64,000 nucleotides of DNA from Patescibacteria group bacterium (GTDB lineage: Bacteria; Patescibacteriota; Minisyncoccia; Phycocordibacterales; XYD1-FULL-46-19): the NCBI GenBank assembly GCA_048617235.1, contig JBMCHT010000002.1, positions 63,899 through 127,898 of the forward strand, given 5' to 3'. A model generated the notes under the pieces. The model searched no databases. It was not told the DNA's origin and saw nothing but the letters and a program-made list of their open reading frames with translations. Positions within the stretch are counted from its first letter, which is position 1. Every line of letters starts with the position of its first letter. A program made the translations under genes and the position numbers. Below, one piece after another: positions 39,639 to 49,147 of the stretch.

Positions 39639-39656
39639 ATTTTTTATTTTCTCAAT

Positions 39657-39899
39657 TTAGGAACAACTAAATCCGAAAGTAGCACAAATAGACCACATAA
39701 TTCCAAAAGCACTCAAAGCTATAAACAAACCAATCAAGCCGTAAATTATATGTTGAGAACCGGTTTGTCTTTTTTCAGCATTATCTGACCCCCAGATAAA
39801 CAAAACCACTCCAAACACAAAATAAACCACTCCTACCGCTATCGCCAACATCATTAAGGGATTAATTATATTGGCAATTATGTTATCTATTATTTCCAT
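39657..39899 (-). CDS. VirB2/TrbC-like pilin 7 (no signal peptide)
   Basis: IINP..TM1..GSDNAEKRQTG..IYGLIGLFIALSAFGI. Confidence 0.75.
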   Translation of the reverse strand: MEIIDNIIANIINPLMMLAIAVGVVYFVFGVVLFIWGSDNAEKRQTGSQHIIYGLIGLFIALSAFGIMWSICATFGFSCS

Positions 39900-39931
39900 T
39901 AATTAATCAGTTTTTGATTGAAATTAATTAA

Positions 39932-40309
39932 CTAGCTAGTCTCTTCACCAAAAGAAGGAAGCTCATCTGGGACTCCGGTCTCACCCCCTAGAGTTTCACT
40001 TAAAATGCCAACCAAACCCCAAGCGGCCACCATTACAAACAATACTACAATACCCATTATAATTATATTGATACCCGTACTTCTTTTTTCCGGATCTCCG
40101 GCAGCAGTTAAATAAGTAATTAACCCCCACAAGAAGACCAAGAAACCAAGACCAATTAAAATTGGAACCAAACTATTGACCCAACCCAAGATAGCGCTGA
40201 ACAAACTATCTACATCCGTTATATCACTACCGCCACCATCTTGAGCTAAAGCCACATTGCCTACCAATAAAGCAACTGAAAATAAAGCAACTTTTATTTT
40301 ATTCTTCAT
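39932..40309 (-). CDS. VirB2/TrbC-like pilin 6
   Basis: Signal peptide ALA-Q; FLWGLITYLTAAGDPEKRSTG; GIVVLFVMVAAWGLV. Confidence 0.8.
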   Translation of the reverse strand: MKNKIKVALFSVALLVGNVALAQDGGGSDITDVDSLFSAILGWVNSLVPILIGLGFLVFLWGLITYLTAAGDPEKRSTGINIIIMGIVVLFVMVAAWGLVGILSETLGGETGVPDELPSFGEETS

Positions 40310-40367
40310 ATAATTTTTATTAATTATAAACTTATAATTTTATTAAAGGTTTTTAATAATTAAAACC

Positions 40368-40402
40368 TATTATTTGGTAATTATAACAATTACCAAATAA
40401 TA
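40368..40402. promoter_or_regulatory. Perfect 15-bp inverted repeat overlapping an extended -10 upstream of pilin 6
   Basis: TATTATTTGGTAATT-ataac-AATTACCAAATAATA; the minus strand reads TGTTATAAT across its centre. Confidence 0.55.
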
Positions 40403-40434
40403 AAACAATAATTAATCTTCATACTGTTAATAAC

Positions 40435-40839
40435 TTACATAACCTCACCACCTGACTGGGGAATGGGAACATCGCCCCCACTTAAATTAAAAGTGGTTAT
40501 TAAAACATTAACCAACCCCCAAACAGATAACATCACAAATAAACCAACCAAACCGTAGATTATCATCTGAGAGCCCTTAGACATTTCTTCAGCGTTGCCT
40601 CCGGCTTTAACATACTTGACTACTCCAAACATAAAAACCACTACTGCTATTGCTATAGCTAAAGAAACTAAAGGATTTAAAATATCCGGAATAATCACCC
40701 CTTCTATAAGTTCTTTTAACGACTGACCACCTCCACCTGCAGGATCCTGAGCTTTAGCCGAAGTAGCCAATACCCCAAACACCAAAACCACTGGGATTAT
40801 TGCCATTAATCTAACCGTTATATTTCTTAAAACTATCAT
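40435..40839 (-). CDS. VirB2/TrbC-like pilin 5
   Basis: Signal peptide AKA-Q; ILNP..FGVVKYVKAGGNAEEMSKG..YGLVGLFVMLSVWGLV. Confidence 0.8.
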   Translation of the reverse strand: MIVLRNITVRLMAIIPVVLVFGVLATSAKAQDPAGGGGQSLKELIEGVIIPDILNPLVSLAIAIAVVVFMFGVVKYVKAGGNAEEMSKGSQMIIYGLVGLFVMLSVWGLVNVLITTFNLSGGDVPIPQSGGEVM

Positions 40840-40862
40840 AAATATTGATGTTTACTTTTTAA

Positions 40863-41315
40863 TCATTGTTGTGAACCACCGCTGACATCAGGGGGAGAAA
40901 TAGCAGGGCTACCAAGATTAAAAGTGGTTTCTAAAACTTTCACAAATCCCCAAACAGATAACATTACAAACAAAACCACAATACCATAGACCATCAACCT
41001 GCCACCTTCGCTTACTTTTTCATCATTCCCGCCGGCGGAGACATATTTAACCAAACCCCACAAAAAGATCACGAACCCAACCGCTACCAAAAGAATTACT
41101 AAAGGATTTAAAATTCCATCAATTAAAGTATCCACTAAGTCGGAAAAGCCTGTACCACCACCGGTATCCCAATCAGTTGGATAAGCTCCACCCCCAGCTT
41201 CACCTTCACCTTCACCCTGAGCCAAAACTGAAACCGGATTCCAAATTAAAAAAGATAAAGAAACAATAAACAAAAATACCTTAGTCCAAGTTGGGGATTT
41301 TTTTATATTTTGCAT
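40863..41315 (-). CDS. VirB2/TrbC-like pilin 4
   Basis: Signal peptide VLA-Q, Gly-rich linker, LWGLVKYVSAGGNDEK..YGIVVLFVMLSVWG. Confidence 0.8.
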   Translation of the reverse strand: MQNIKKSPTWTKVFLFIVSLSFLIWNPVSVLAQGEGEGEAGGGAYPTDWDTGGGTGFSDLVDTLIDGILNPLVILLVAVGFVIFLWGLVKYVSAGGNDEKVSEGGRLMVYGIVVLFVMLSVWGFVKVLETTFNLGSPAISPPDVSGGSQQ

Positions 41316-41347
41316 ATTCAAGATATTTATTATTAATATTTATTTCT

Positions 41348-41644
41348 TTAGTATAGAGTTTGTGTTCCCCCGGTTGAACGAGGAATATCAACTTCCTCTG
41401 GAGTGAATCCAAAAGTGGTTTCCAATATCTTCACAAATCCCCAAGCAGATACCATCACAAACAAAACCACAATCCCATAAACCATTAATTTCCCTCCCTC
41501 GGCCAGTTTTTCATCATTCCCGCCGGCGGAGACATATTTAAGCAAACCCCACAAAAAAACTACAAAAGCTAAAGCGACCAATAAAATAATTAAAGGATTT
41601 AAAACACGCTCAATTAAAAACAAAATAAGACCATAAATATCCAT
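41348..41644 (-). CDS. VirB2/TrbC-like pilin 3 (no signal peptide)
   Basis: VLNP..LWGLLKYVSAGGNDEK..YGIVVLFVMVSAWG; close paralogue of pilin 4. Confidence 0.8.
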   Translation of the reverse strand: MDIYGLILFLIERVLNPLIILLVALAFVVFLWGLLKYVSAGGNDEKLAEGGKLMVYGIVVLFVMVSAWGFVKILETTFGFTPEEVDIPRSTGGTQTLY

Positions 41645-41688
41645 AAAAATATAATAATTAACTTAATAATGAATAATCATACCACTTT

Positions 41689-42054
41689 TTATAATGTATC
41701 AACAGTGGCTTGAATTAAATTAATAATAGCAAAAGCACCCAAAACCACCCCTGCTCCGGCTAAAGTCCAGATTATAGCGGTCTTGGCTTTGGTTATTTTT
41801 TCTTGATTACCTTGAGCCATTACTAACATCACTCCGGATATTATAATAAACAAAGCCACTACCGGAGCACCTAAGGTTACCACTCCTTCTAAAACCGCTT
41901 CTATTAATTCTACCAAACTCTCCGCAGTTAAAGGATTATTTATCCGGACACTACTGCCACCTTCCACCGCTCTCACTTTAAAAACAGGAATCAGGATTAA
42001 TAATATTGATAAACAGTAACCTTTAAGTATATTTTTTATAGTTGTTTTCTTCAT
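41689..42054 (-). CDS. VirB2/TrbC-like pilin 2
   Basis: Signal peptide; INNPL..SGVMLVMAQGNQEKITKAKTAIIWTLAG; start set at ATG 42054, 6 nt after TATAAT. Confidence 0.8.
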   Translation of the reverse strand: MKKTTIKNILKGYCLSILLILIPVFKVRAVEGGSSVRINNPLTAESLVELIEAVLEGVVTLGAPVVALFIIISGVMLVMAQGNQEKITKAKTAIIWTLAGAGVVLGAFAIINLIQATVDTL

Positions 42055-42081
42055 ATAATTATTATATACCAAAAAAATAAA

Positions 42082-42471
42082 TTAACCGAATATATCTAAA
42101 ACAGAATTACCCTCTTCCACTAAAAGAGTAACTATAAATTTAACAATCAACCAAGCGGCTAAAGAAATAAACAAACCGGTCAAAGCGGTTTTAATTATAT
42201 TCTTACCCTTATCAATATAAGCAGGATTGGCAGCATTAATAGCCCACATAATTCCACCTATAACTATAGCCAAAGTAGCTACCGGGATAGCAATATAAGT
42301 AGTTAAAAAAGAAACAATATTATCTGCTAAAGTAAATAAATCATTAAAAGTGCAATTTACCCCCTCACAAGGAATTAATTCTCCACTCTCTTGACCTTTG
42401 GTAACAGAAGGCCAAAAAAGAAGAAGTCCAACCGGAATAGTATAAAAAGATTCTTTAATTTTATTAAACAT
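42082..42471 (-). CDS. VirB2/TrbC-like pilin 1 with Cys pair
   Basis: LIPCEGVNCTFNDLF, GGIMWAINAANPAYIDKGK, GLFISLAAWLIV; start set at ATG 42471. Confidence 0.78.
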   Translation of the reverse strand: MFNKIKESFYTIPVGLLLFWPSVTKGQESGELIPCEGVNCTFNDLFTLADNIVSFLTTYIAIPVATLAIVIGGIMWAINAANPAYIDKGKNIIKTALTGLFISLAAWLIVKFIVTLLVEEGNSVLDIFG

Positions 42472-42475
42472 AATT

Positions 42476-43774
42476 TTAATCAAAAAGATTACTAATTTGA
42501 CGCCTGGCTGTTTCCAAGGCTGCTTCCGCACTCTGACCTCCAGCTGCCACTGTTTCTATCATATTCTGGAAAACACCATTTGTGGTATGAGGATCGGGAT
42601 CTAACCAAGTTCTGGCCAGTAAAGCCGACCGATAAAAAACAGACATAAAAGGATTAGAATGGCCTTGACCTAATCTGGATCGACCGGCACTCGGTAGTCC
42701 TATAGCTTCTTCCCATAAATTACTATAACGATCAGAGGCTAAAATACCAGCAGCCTTAAAAGCGGCTTGCGGATTAACCGAATTAAGATTAACCGCCACT
42801 GCATAAAAACGACCGGCAGTGGCCTTGATCGTAGCCGAACTGTTTTGAGGGAAAAAGTGTACATCCATATTTAAATTGGGATTACCACGACGCAGAGAAT
42901 CCAATTCTGAAGCAAAACCAAAATAATTAGCTAAATTACCGGACAAAAACATCTGTTTATCGTTAGGTAAAGTCCTATTCCAAGAATATTCAAATCTGTT
43001 AGTGTTGGCAAAACGAGAATAAAACTCTAAAGCGGCTCGACCTCGACTATCGGCTTCTCTATTAGTTGACCCGGTAACCAATCTATCTCCCACTTGTAAT
43101 AAAAGAGAAACTACTACATCTTTAGCGTTGGTAATATTACTATATTGCCCCATAGCCACAGCGCTTTGCTTTACCGTTAATCTATCCTCTATTATATTTA
43201 ATCTTTTTAAAACAGACTCAGCTCCGGCCGGACCGTCTATCAATTCCACCCAAGTGGCCGGCGGACCGGCCACTCCCGACTGATTATATATATCTCGATT
43301 ATAAAACATAACCAAAGGATCAACTAGTAAAGGTCGAGCTAGGGATCCTTCCTCGGTTAAAAAAATATCAAAACCATCTGCATAAGTGGTTCTAAAATCT
43401 CGTTCAGAAAAACTGGAATAAGGCAGAATCCAAAAAGTATCTCGGTACCGCCCCAACCAAGTGTCATTAATAATAATTAGATCCGGCCCTCGGCCTTGAA
43501 TTCTCTCTCTGACATAATCTTGTTCTAACTTAGACCCGGTTTTACCAACATAATTAATTTTAACCAGATTATCATTTTGGCTATTAATTACGTGAATCAA
43601 TTCGCTAACTTGAGAAGAAGGCCATGGTCCCCAAACAGTTACACTACCCATAAATTCTGTATCGGCACTTCTACCAATAGGAATCCAACCGGCGAAAACA
43701 GCCACTGCAAAAAGTAGAACACAAGCAAAAAAAACCAAAACTCCAATTTGAAAAGAATTATATTGATCTCCCAT
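42476..43774 (-). CDS. Membrane-anchored extracellular solute-binding protein (sugar-binding family-like)
   Basis: N-terminal TM, VTVWG, GPDLI, MFYNRDIY..PPATWVEL, F..GNLA, NPNLN. Confidence 0.8.
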   Translation of the reverse strand: MGDQYNSFQIGVLVFFACVLLFAVAVFAGWIPIGRSADTEFMGSVTVWGPWPSSQVSELIHVINSQNDNLVKINYVGKTGSKLEQDYVRERIQGRGPDLIIINDTWLGRYRDTFWILPYSSFSERDFRTTYADGFDIFLTEEGSLARPLLVDPLVMFYNRDIYNQSGVAGPPATWVELIDGPAGAESVLKRLNIIEDRLTVKQSAVAMGQYSNITNAKDVVVSLLLQVGDRLVTGSTNREADSRGRAALEFYSRFANTNRFEYSWNRTLPNDKQMFLSGNLANYFGFASELDSLRRGNPNLNMDVHFFPQNSSATIKATAGRFYAVAVNLNSVNPQAAFKAAGILASDRYSNLWEEAIGLPSAGRSRLGQGHSNPFMSVFYRSALLARTWLDPDPHTTNGVFQNMIETVAAGGQSAEAALETARRQISNLFD

Positions 43775-43779
43775 AACAA

Positions 43780-44313
43780 TTATTCCGGCTTAGTGCCTAA
43801 TAACCCATAATGATGAGCCCCGGCCATAAAATCTCGATCCAATTCAAACCCGGCTTCAGTCATAATCTCTTCAGCTTTTATTTTATTAACCACTTGTTGT
43901 GATACAGGACCTAGGCCACCAAAAGAATCTTGCCAATCTATTATTAAAATTTTACCGCCGGGTGCTAAAACTCGAAAAGCCTCTCTCATTAAAATATATT
44001 TAGATTCACTTTGAAATAAAACATTAGCCAAAACCACTGCCGTCACCGAAGCCTCAGCCAAACCGGAACCATTGGGTTTATCTAAATTTCCTCTAATTAC
44101 CTCAATATTGGTTAAACCCGACTCCCTAGACTCAGCTTTTAATTTATCTAAAATATCTTTTTGAACATCTACGGCATAAACTCTACCCTCCGACCCAACA
44201 GCCTCAGCTAAAGCCAAAGAATAAGCCCCAACACCACAACCAAAATCCGCCACTTTTTGACCGGAGGTCAAATGTAATTCAGATACATTATTCTGGGGTT
44301 GAGCAAAATCCAT
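43780..44313 (-). CDS. Class I SAM-dependent methyltransferase
   Basis: VADFGCGVG, VYAVDVQ, RVLAPGGKILIIDW, HHYG. Confidence 0.88.
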   Translation of the reverse strand: MDFAQPQNNVSELHLTSGQKVADFGCGVGAYSLALAEAVGSEGRVYAVDVQKDILDKLKAESRESGLTNIEVIRGNLDKPNGSGLAEASVTAVVLANVLFQSESKYILMREAFRVLAPGGKILIIDWQDSFGGLGPVSQQVVNKIKAEEIMTEAGFELDRDFMAGAHHYGLLGTKPE

Positions 44314-44320
44314 TACTTTT

Positions 44321-44350
44321 ATTATACCAAAGTAATAACTACAAGGGCAA
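44321..44350 (-). promoter_or_regulatory. Promoter of the methyltransferase-SBP-pilin run (leaderless)
   Basis: TTGCCC-18-TATAAT with TG extension; ATG 7 nt downstream. Confidence 0.55.
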
Positions 44351-44373
44351 ACTTTAAAGAGGGATAAAAAATA

Positions 44374-46851
44374 TTAGAGAAAAGTTACCGAAGCTAGCTG
44401 ATCTTTGATTTTTAATTTCATTAAGCGCACTCCTTGAGTTTGTCGTCCTTGAACCGGAACTTGATCCAAGCCGACTCTTATTACTTGACCCAAACGAGAA
44501 ATGGCGATTAACTCACTATAGTCTTCCGTTAAAGCTCTAACGGCGATTAAATGGCCGGTTTTATCGGTGGTTTTAAAAGTCTTAATTCCGCCTCCGCCAC
44601 GTTTTTGTATTTTATATTCAACTACTTCGGTCATTTTACCATAACCGGATTGACTGACGGTTATAAAACGAACCGATTCATTTTTTTCCACTCGATCAGC
44701 TCCAACCACATAATCATCTTTACTTAATTTAATACCTCGAACACCGGCAGCCGTTCTACCCATTGATCGTAAATCGGATTCTTTAAACCTTATAGATTGA
44801 CCGGCGATGGTGGCTAAAATAATAGAATCACCTTTTCCAACCAAACGAACCGATAATAATTCATCTTTATCTCCCAAATGAATGGCAATTAAACCACTAC
44901 GACGAACATCTTTAAAATTATCCGCCTGAACCTTTTTAACCACTCCGAATTTGGTCACCATTACCAAAGCCAACTGATTCCATTTGGTATCTTTATCCAA
45001 ACTTAAAACCGAAGTCACTTTTTCATCAGCCTCCAAAGCTAAATAATTAACTATCGACTTACCTCGAGTGGCTCTTTTGCATTCCGGTAAATCATACATT
45101 TTCATTTGATAAACCTTACCTTTATCGGTAAAGAATAATAAATCACTATGTGTATTGGCAGTTAAAAATATTCTAACAAAATCTTCTTCTTTAACATTAA
45201 GATCTATTACTCCGGTGCCTCCCCTTTTTTGTTGTCGAAATTCACTCGGATCAGTTCTTTTTATATAACCACCTTCTGTTAGAACCAAGACATTATCTTT
45301 TTCCGGAACCAAATCTTCGGGATTAATGGTTTTAACTCCACCGGGAATAACTTTGGTTCGGCGGTCATCACCATATTTATCTATCGCCTCTTGTAATTCA
45401 TCTTTAATAATGGTGGTTATTTTTTGAGGACTGGCTAAAATAGCTTTTAATTCTTTAATTAATTGTTGTTTTTCTTTCAATTCTTCTTCTATTTTTTTTC
45501 TTTCCAAACCGGCCAATTTTTGTAATCTCATTTCCAAAATGGCAGTGGCTTGTAAATCGGATAACTTAAATTCTTGCTGTAATCGCTTATGTGCCTCAGC
45601 CGTATCTTTGGATTTTTTAATGGTTTTTATAATGGCATCTATATGATCTAAAGCTTTCTTTAAACCAAGTAAAATATGTTCCCGAGCTTCAGCTTTTTTT
45701 AAATCAAATCGTGTCCGATTAACCACCACTTCCCGACGATGTAGTAAAAATTCTTCCAAAATAACCTTTAGAGGCATTAATTTCGGCACTCCACCTGACA
45801 AAGCCAACATATTATAATGAAAAGTGGTTTCCAAATCCGTATGCTTATAGATGACATTGAGCATTTTTTGCGGTTGAGCTCCATTTTTTAAATCTATAAC
45901 CACTCGAATATCTTTAGTTGATTCATCTCTAATATCTCTAATTCCGTCTATTTTTTTATTTCTAACCAAATCAGCCATTTTTATAATCATATCCGCCTTA
46001 TTAACCTGATAAGGTATAGAGGAAATAATTATCTGATGTCCGCCGGTTTTGGTTTCTATTATCTCGGCCTCTCCCCGAACAGTCACTCCACCTCGACCGG
46101 TAGAATACGCGTGAACTAAATCTTTTTTATTAAACACCAAACCTCCGGTCGGAAAATCCGGACCGGTTATATATTTAGTTAAATCCTCAGCCGCTAAATC
46201 CGGATTATCTGCTAAAACTTTTAAAGCTTCAGCTACTTCTGTTAAATTATGAGGGGGGATTTTAGTAGCCATGCCAACCGCTATACCAAAAGTACCATTT
46301 AATAATAAATTGGGAATAGCTGCCGGTAAAACCGTCGGTTCTTTTAATTCTCCGGAATAATTATCTGCATATTCTACCGTTTCTTTTTCTATATCTTTTA
46401 ACATTTCCGAAGCTAAGCGAGACATTTTAGCTTCAGTATAACGAAAAGCAGCCGCTGAATCTCCATCTATGGAACCAAAGTTACCTTGACCGGCAACCAA
46501 GGGATATCGAGCTGAAAAATCTTGTGCCATTTTTACCATAGCATCATAAACCGAGGAATCACCATGAGGATGGTATTTACCCAAAACATCACCAACCACT
46601 ACTGCCGATTTTTTAAATTTAGACCCGCCATGCAAACCTAAACCGTGCATAGTATATAAAATTCGCCGATGTACCGGCTTTAAACCATCCCTTACATCAG
46701 GCAAAGCTCGAGAGACAATAACAGACATGGAGTAATCCAAGTAAGCATCTTGCATCTCCTTAACAATACCGGCCGGTATCACTTGCCAGCCAACCGGTTT
46801 TTCGGGAATATTTGATTTATTTTTATCCGATTTGTTATTTTTACCAGACAT
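44374..46851 (-). CDS. gyrA: DNA gyrase subunit A
   Basis: [36 protein letters not shown], GyrA box QKRGGTG. Confidence 0.97.
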   Translation of the reverse strand: MSGKNNKSDKNKSNIPEKPVGWQVIPAGIVKEMQDAYLDYSMSVIVSRALPDVRDGLKPVHRRILYTMHGLGLHGGSKFKKSAVVVGDVLGKYHPHGDSSVYDAMVKMAQDFSARYPLVAGQGNFGSIDGDSAAAFRYTEAKMSRLASEMLKDIEKETVEYADNYSGELKEPTVLPAAIPNLLLNGTFGIAVGMATKIPPHNLTEVAEALKVLADNPDLAAEDLTKYITGPDFPTGGLVFNKKDLVHAYSTGRGGVTVRGEAEIIETKTGGHQIIISSIPYQVNKADMIIKMADLVRNKKIDGIRDIRDESTKDIRVVIDLKNGAQPQKMLNVIYKHTDLETTFHYNMLALSGGVPKLMPLKVILEEFLLHRREVVVNRTRFDLKKAEAREHILLGLKKALDHIDAIIKTIKKSKDTAEAHKRLQQEFKLSDLQATAILEMRLQKLAGLERKKIEEELKEKQQLIKELKAILASPQKITTIIKDELQEAIDKYGDDRRTKVIPGGVKTINPEDLVPEKDNVLVLTEGGYIKRTDPSEFRQQKRGGTGVIDLNVKEEDFVRIFLTANTHSDLLFFTDKGKVYQMKMYDLPECKRATRGKSIVNYLALEADEKVTSVLSLDKDTKWNQLALVMVTKFGVVKKVQADNFKDVRRSGLIAIHLGDKDELLSVRLVGKGDSIILATIAGQSIRFKESDLRSMGRTAAGVRGIKLSKDDYVVGADRVEKNESVRFITVSQSGYGKMTEVVEYKIQKRGGGGIKTFKTTDKTGHLIAVRALTEDYSELIAISRLGQVIRVGLDQVPVQGRQTQGVRLMKLKIKDQLASVTFL

Positions 46852-46858
46852 AATTATT

Positions 46859-47113
46859 TTATTTATTATCTATTTGACCCCATAAAATCTGCCAACCATT
46901 TTTAACCCTGTTTACAGTTTGAGAAACAATTCCGACAGAAGATTGATGTTCAGCCAAACGATCCTCGTCTGTATAAATCGAAATAAGCCAAGAGTTCGTC
47001 AACCAAATCACTATAATAATAAAAGTAAAAATAGTTGCCAAAAACAAAGATATAACCTGTCGGTTTTTTTTAGGCTGTAAACGCCAACTTTCTAAATGAT
47101 TCCATAAAAACAT
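46859..47113 (-). CDS. Small single-TM hypothetical protein
   Basis: 84-aa ORF with one TM helix directly upstream of gyrA. Confidence 0.6.
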   Translation of the reverse strand: MFLWNHLESWRLQPKKNRQVISLFLATIFTFIIIVIWLTNSWLISIYTDEDRLAEHQSSVGIVSQTVNRVKNGWQILWGQIDNK

Positions 47114-47146
47114 ATATTAAACAAGAAAAATTTTATAATTCTTCCT

Positions 47147-47779
47147 TTATTGAGCAGCTAATATTAACGGTTCAGCTGTTTTATTCTCTATATCTTTCCT
47201 CTTTAAAGATATCTTTTCCAACGGTTTTACTTTATCTCCCCCCAATTCCTTAGCCACTATTTCAAAAGAGTCTTTAGCCTTTTTCTCATCAACCGGAAAA
47301 ACGGGGATTACCAATTTAGCCCCCAAGGAAGCCGCTAACTTGGCTGCCACTTGAGGTTGAACTGAACCCAAACCTCCAGCCGGAACAAATAAAATATCTA
47401 TACTGCCCAAACCTTCCACCACCTCATCCGGTAAAGACTGTTCGGTTAATAAACCTAAATGAACAATATTCATCCCCTCCAATTCTACGGTATAAACCGT
47501 ATTTATAATTCTATCCGGCCCAACTGTTTCAAAACCCTCTATAAATTCTCCTCCTATTTCATACTCTCCCGGCCCATCTATAATCATAGAACCATCAGTA
47601 GACGACCTCAATCCTTCGACTCCATTACAAGCCGGTACATTAGCAGACACCAAAGCAGTATCCGCTCCGAATCTGACCGGTTTTACTTGATTAAAATCTT
47701 TACTAATAGGATTAAAAGCAACCACTTTGTCTCCAAATTGAACCCGAAGACAACCGGCTCCGTAATAATTTATTATCAT
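47147..47779 (-). CDS. MBL-fold protein (Lactamase_B_3-like), metal-binding His motif degenerate
   Basis: IDGPGEYEIGG, NTVY..EGMNIVHLG, IDILFVPAGG; HxHxDH replaced by SANVPAC. Confidence 0.75.
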   Translation of the reverse strand: MIINYYGAGCLRVQFGDKVVAFNPISKDFNQVKPVRFGADTALVSANVPACNGVEGLRSSTDGSMIIDGPGEYEIGGEFIEGFETVGPDRIINTVYTVELEGMNIVHLGLLTEQSLPDEVVEGLGSIDILFVPAGGLGSVQPQVAAKLAASLGAKLVIPVFPVDEKKAKDSFEIVAKELGGDKVKPLEKISLKRKDIENKTAEPLILAAQ

Positions 47780-47828
47780 AATAAGTATATATTAACATAT
47801 AAAAATTATTTTATCTAGATTGAAAAAC

Positions 47829-48013
47829 TTGCCAAAATCTAATATTCATCTATACTAAAACCTGATTCCCTGCCTGGTATTATAGGCGGAATTTTTATTA
47901 TAAGTCTCGGTCATGAACTCGAACCCCGACATATTTTTAAAACAATAAATCGGGATAATCGTAGCTCAACCGAGGTTCGCTTGAAAAAGCGAGCTAAATT
48001 ACCAATTAAATAA
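47829..48013 (+). promoter_or_regulatory. rpsA promoter and structured 5' leader
   Basis: TTGCCA-16-TATACT; stems GCCT/AGGC, CTCGGT/ACCGAG enclosing CCCGA/TCGGG, and TCGCTT-GAAA-AAGCGA. Confidence 0.55.
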
Positions 48014-49147
48014 ATGATTACAGACACCTCTACACAAAAAGATTCAACCATTGTAGACTCTGAACCGGAATTAATGGACAAACTGGTTCGTCAATCACCC
48101 ATTCCTAAAATAGACAGTGAAGAATTAATAGAAGGCCCGGTTTTAGCTAAAGATAAACAAGCTATATACATTGACTTATCCCCTTTCGGTACCGGTTTAA
48201 TTTTCGGTCGAGAATATCTAAATGCCAGAGATATAATTAAAAAAGTAAAAGTTGGAGATATAGTTACAGCTAAAATAATAAAATGGGAAGGCGAAGATGG
48301 CTATATAGAATTGTCCTTGAAGGAAGCTAAACAAGCCTTGGTTTGGAATGAAGCTGAAAAGTCTACCAAAAATAAAGAAACTTTTGAACTAATGATCAAA
48401 GATGCCAACAAAGGAGGCTTATTAGTTAACTGGAAAGGTATGGATGGTTTTGTGCCGGCTTCTCAATTAAAACCTGAACATTATCCCCGAGTACCAGATG
48501 GTGATAAAGATGAAATTTTAGAAGAATTACAAAAATTGGTTGGTCATCGTTTACGCTTATCCATTATAGGAGCCAATCAAAAAGAAAACAAATTAATCTT
48601 TTCCGAAAAAACTCTCAATCAAGGAGCTAAAAAAGAAATTGTCGGTAAATATGAATTAGGGGACATTATTACCGGGAAAATTACCGGGGCTGTAGATTTT
48701 GGTATTTTTGTGGAAATTGAGGAAGGTTTGGAAGGATTAATCCATATATCCGAAATTAGTTGGAACTTAGTTGAAGATCCTAAAAAAATGTTTGAGGTTG
48801 GAAATGAAATTAAAGCCAAAATTATAGAAATCAAAGATGATAAAATATCTTTATCTATAAAAGCTCTAACTAACAACCCTTGGGAAGAAGCCAAGAAAAA
48901 ATATAAAAAAGGCGACCGAGTTAGCGGAGTAGTTATTAAACACAATAAACACGGTGCTCTAATCAGTATAGAAGAAGGAGTGGCTGGTTTGGTTCATATC
49001 TCCGAATTTAAAGATGAAATGGATTTAAGACAAAAACTGGAATTAGGTAAAACTTATAATGACTTTGTTATAAATCTATTCGAACCCCAAGACCAAAAAA
49101 TGACTTTAATCTATAATCCGGATAAAAAAATAGACGAAAACTCTTAA
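48014..49147 (+). CDS. rpsA: 30S ribosomal protein S1 (four S1 domains)
   Basis: NKGGLLV..GFVPASQL, FGIFVEI..EGLIHISEISW, ISLSIK. Confidence 0.92.
   Translation: MITDTSTQKDSTIVDSEPELMDKLVRQSPIPKIDSEELIEGPVLAKDKQAIYIDLSPFGTGLIFGREYLNARDIIKKVKVGDIVTAKIIKWEGEDGYIELSLKEAKQALVWNEAEKSTKNKETFELMIKDANKGGLLVNWKGMDGFVPASQLKPEHYPRVPDGDKDEILEELQKLVGHRLRLSIIGANQKENKLIFSEKTLNQGAKKEIVGKYELGDIITGKITGAVDFGIFVEIEEGLEGLIHISEISWNLVEDPKKMFEVGNEIKAKIIEIKDDKISLSIKALTNNPWEEAKKKYKKGDRVSGVVIKHNKHGALISIEEGVAGLVHISEFKDEMDLRQKLELGKTYNDFVINLFEPQDQKMTLIYNPDKKIDENS

Noticed and set aside
39657-42471. Type IV (PilA-type) pilins, or an ICE/prophage
   Set aside because: No G|FTLIE prepilin motif; no relaxase, VirB4, integrase or phage genes nearby; composition resembles the core
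21028-49147. Short convergent 3' overlaps (rel/parB, miaA/hypothetical, rpsA/pth)
   Set aside because: Ordinary for compact AT-rich genomes
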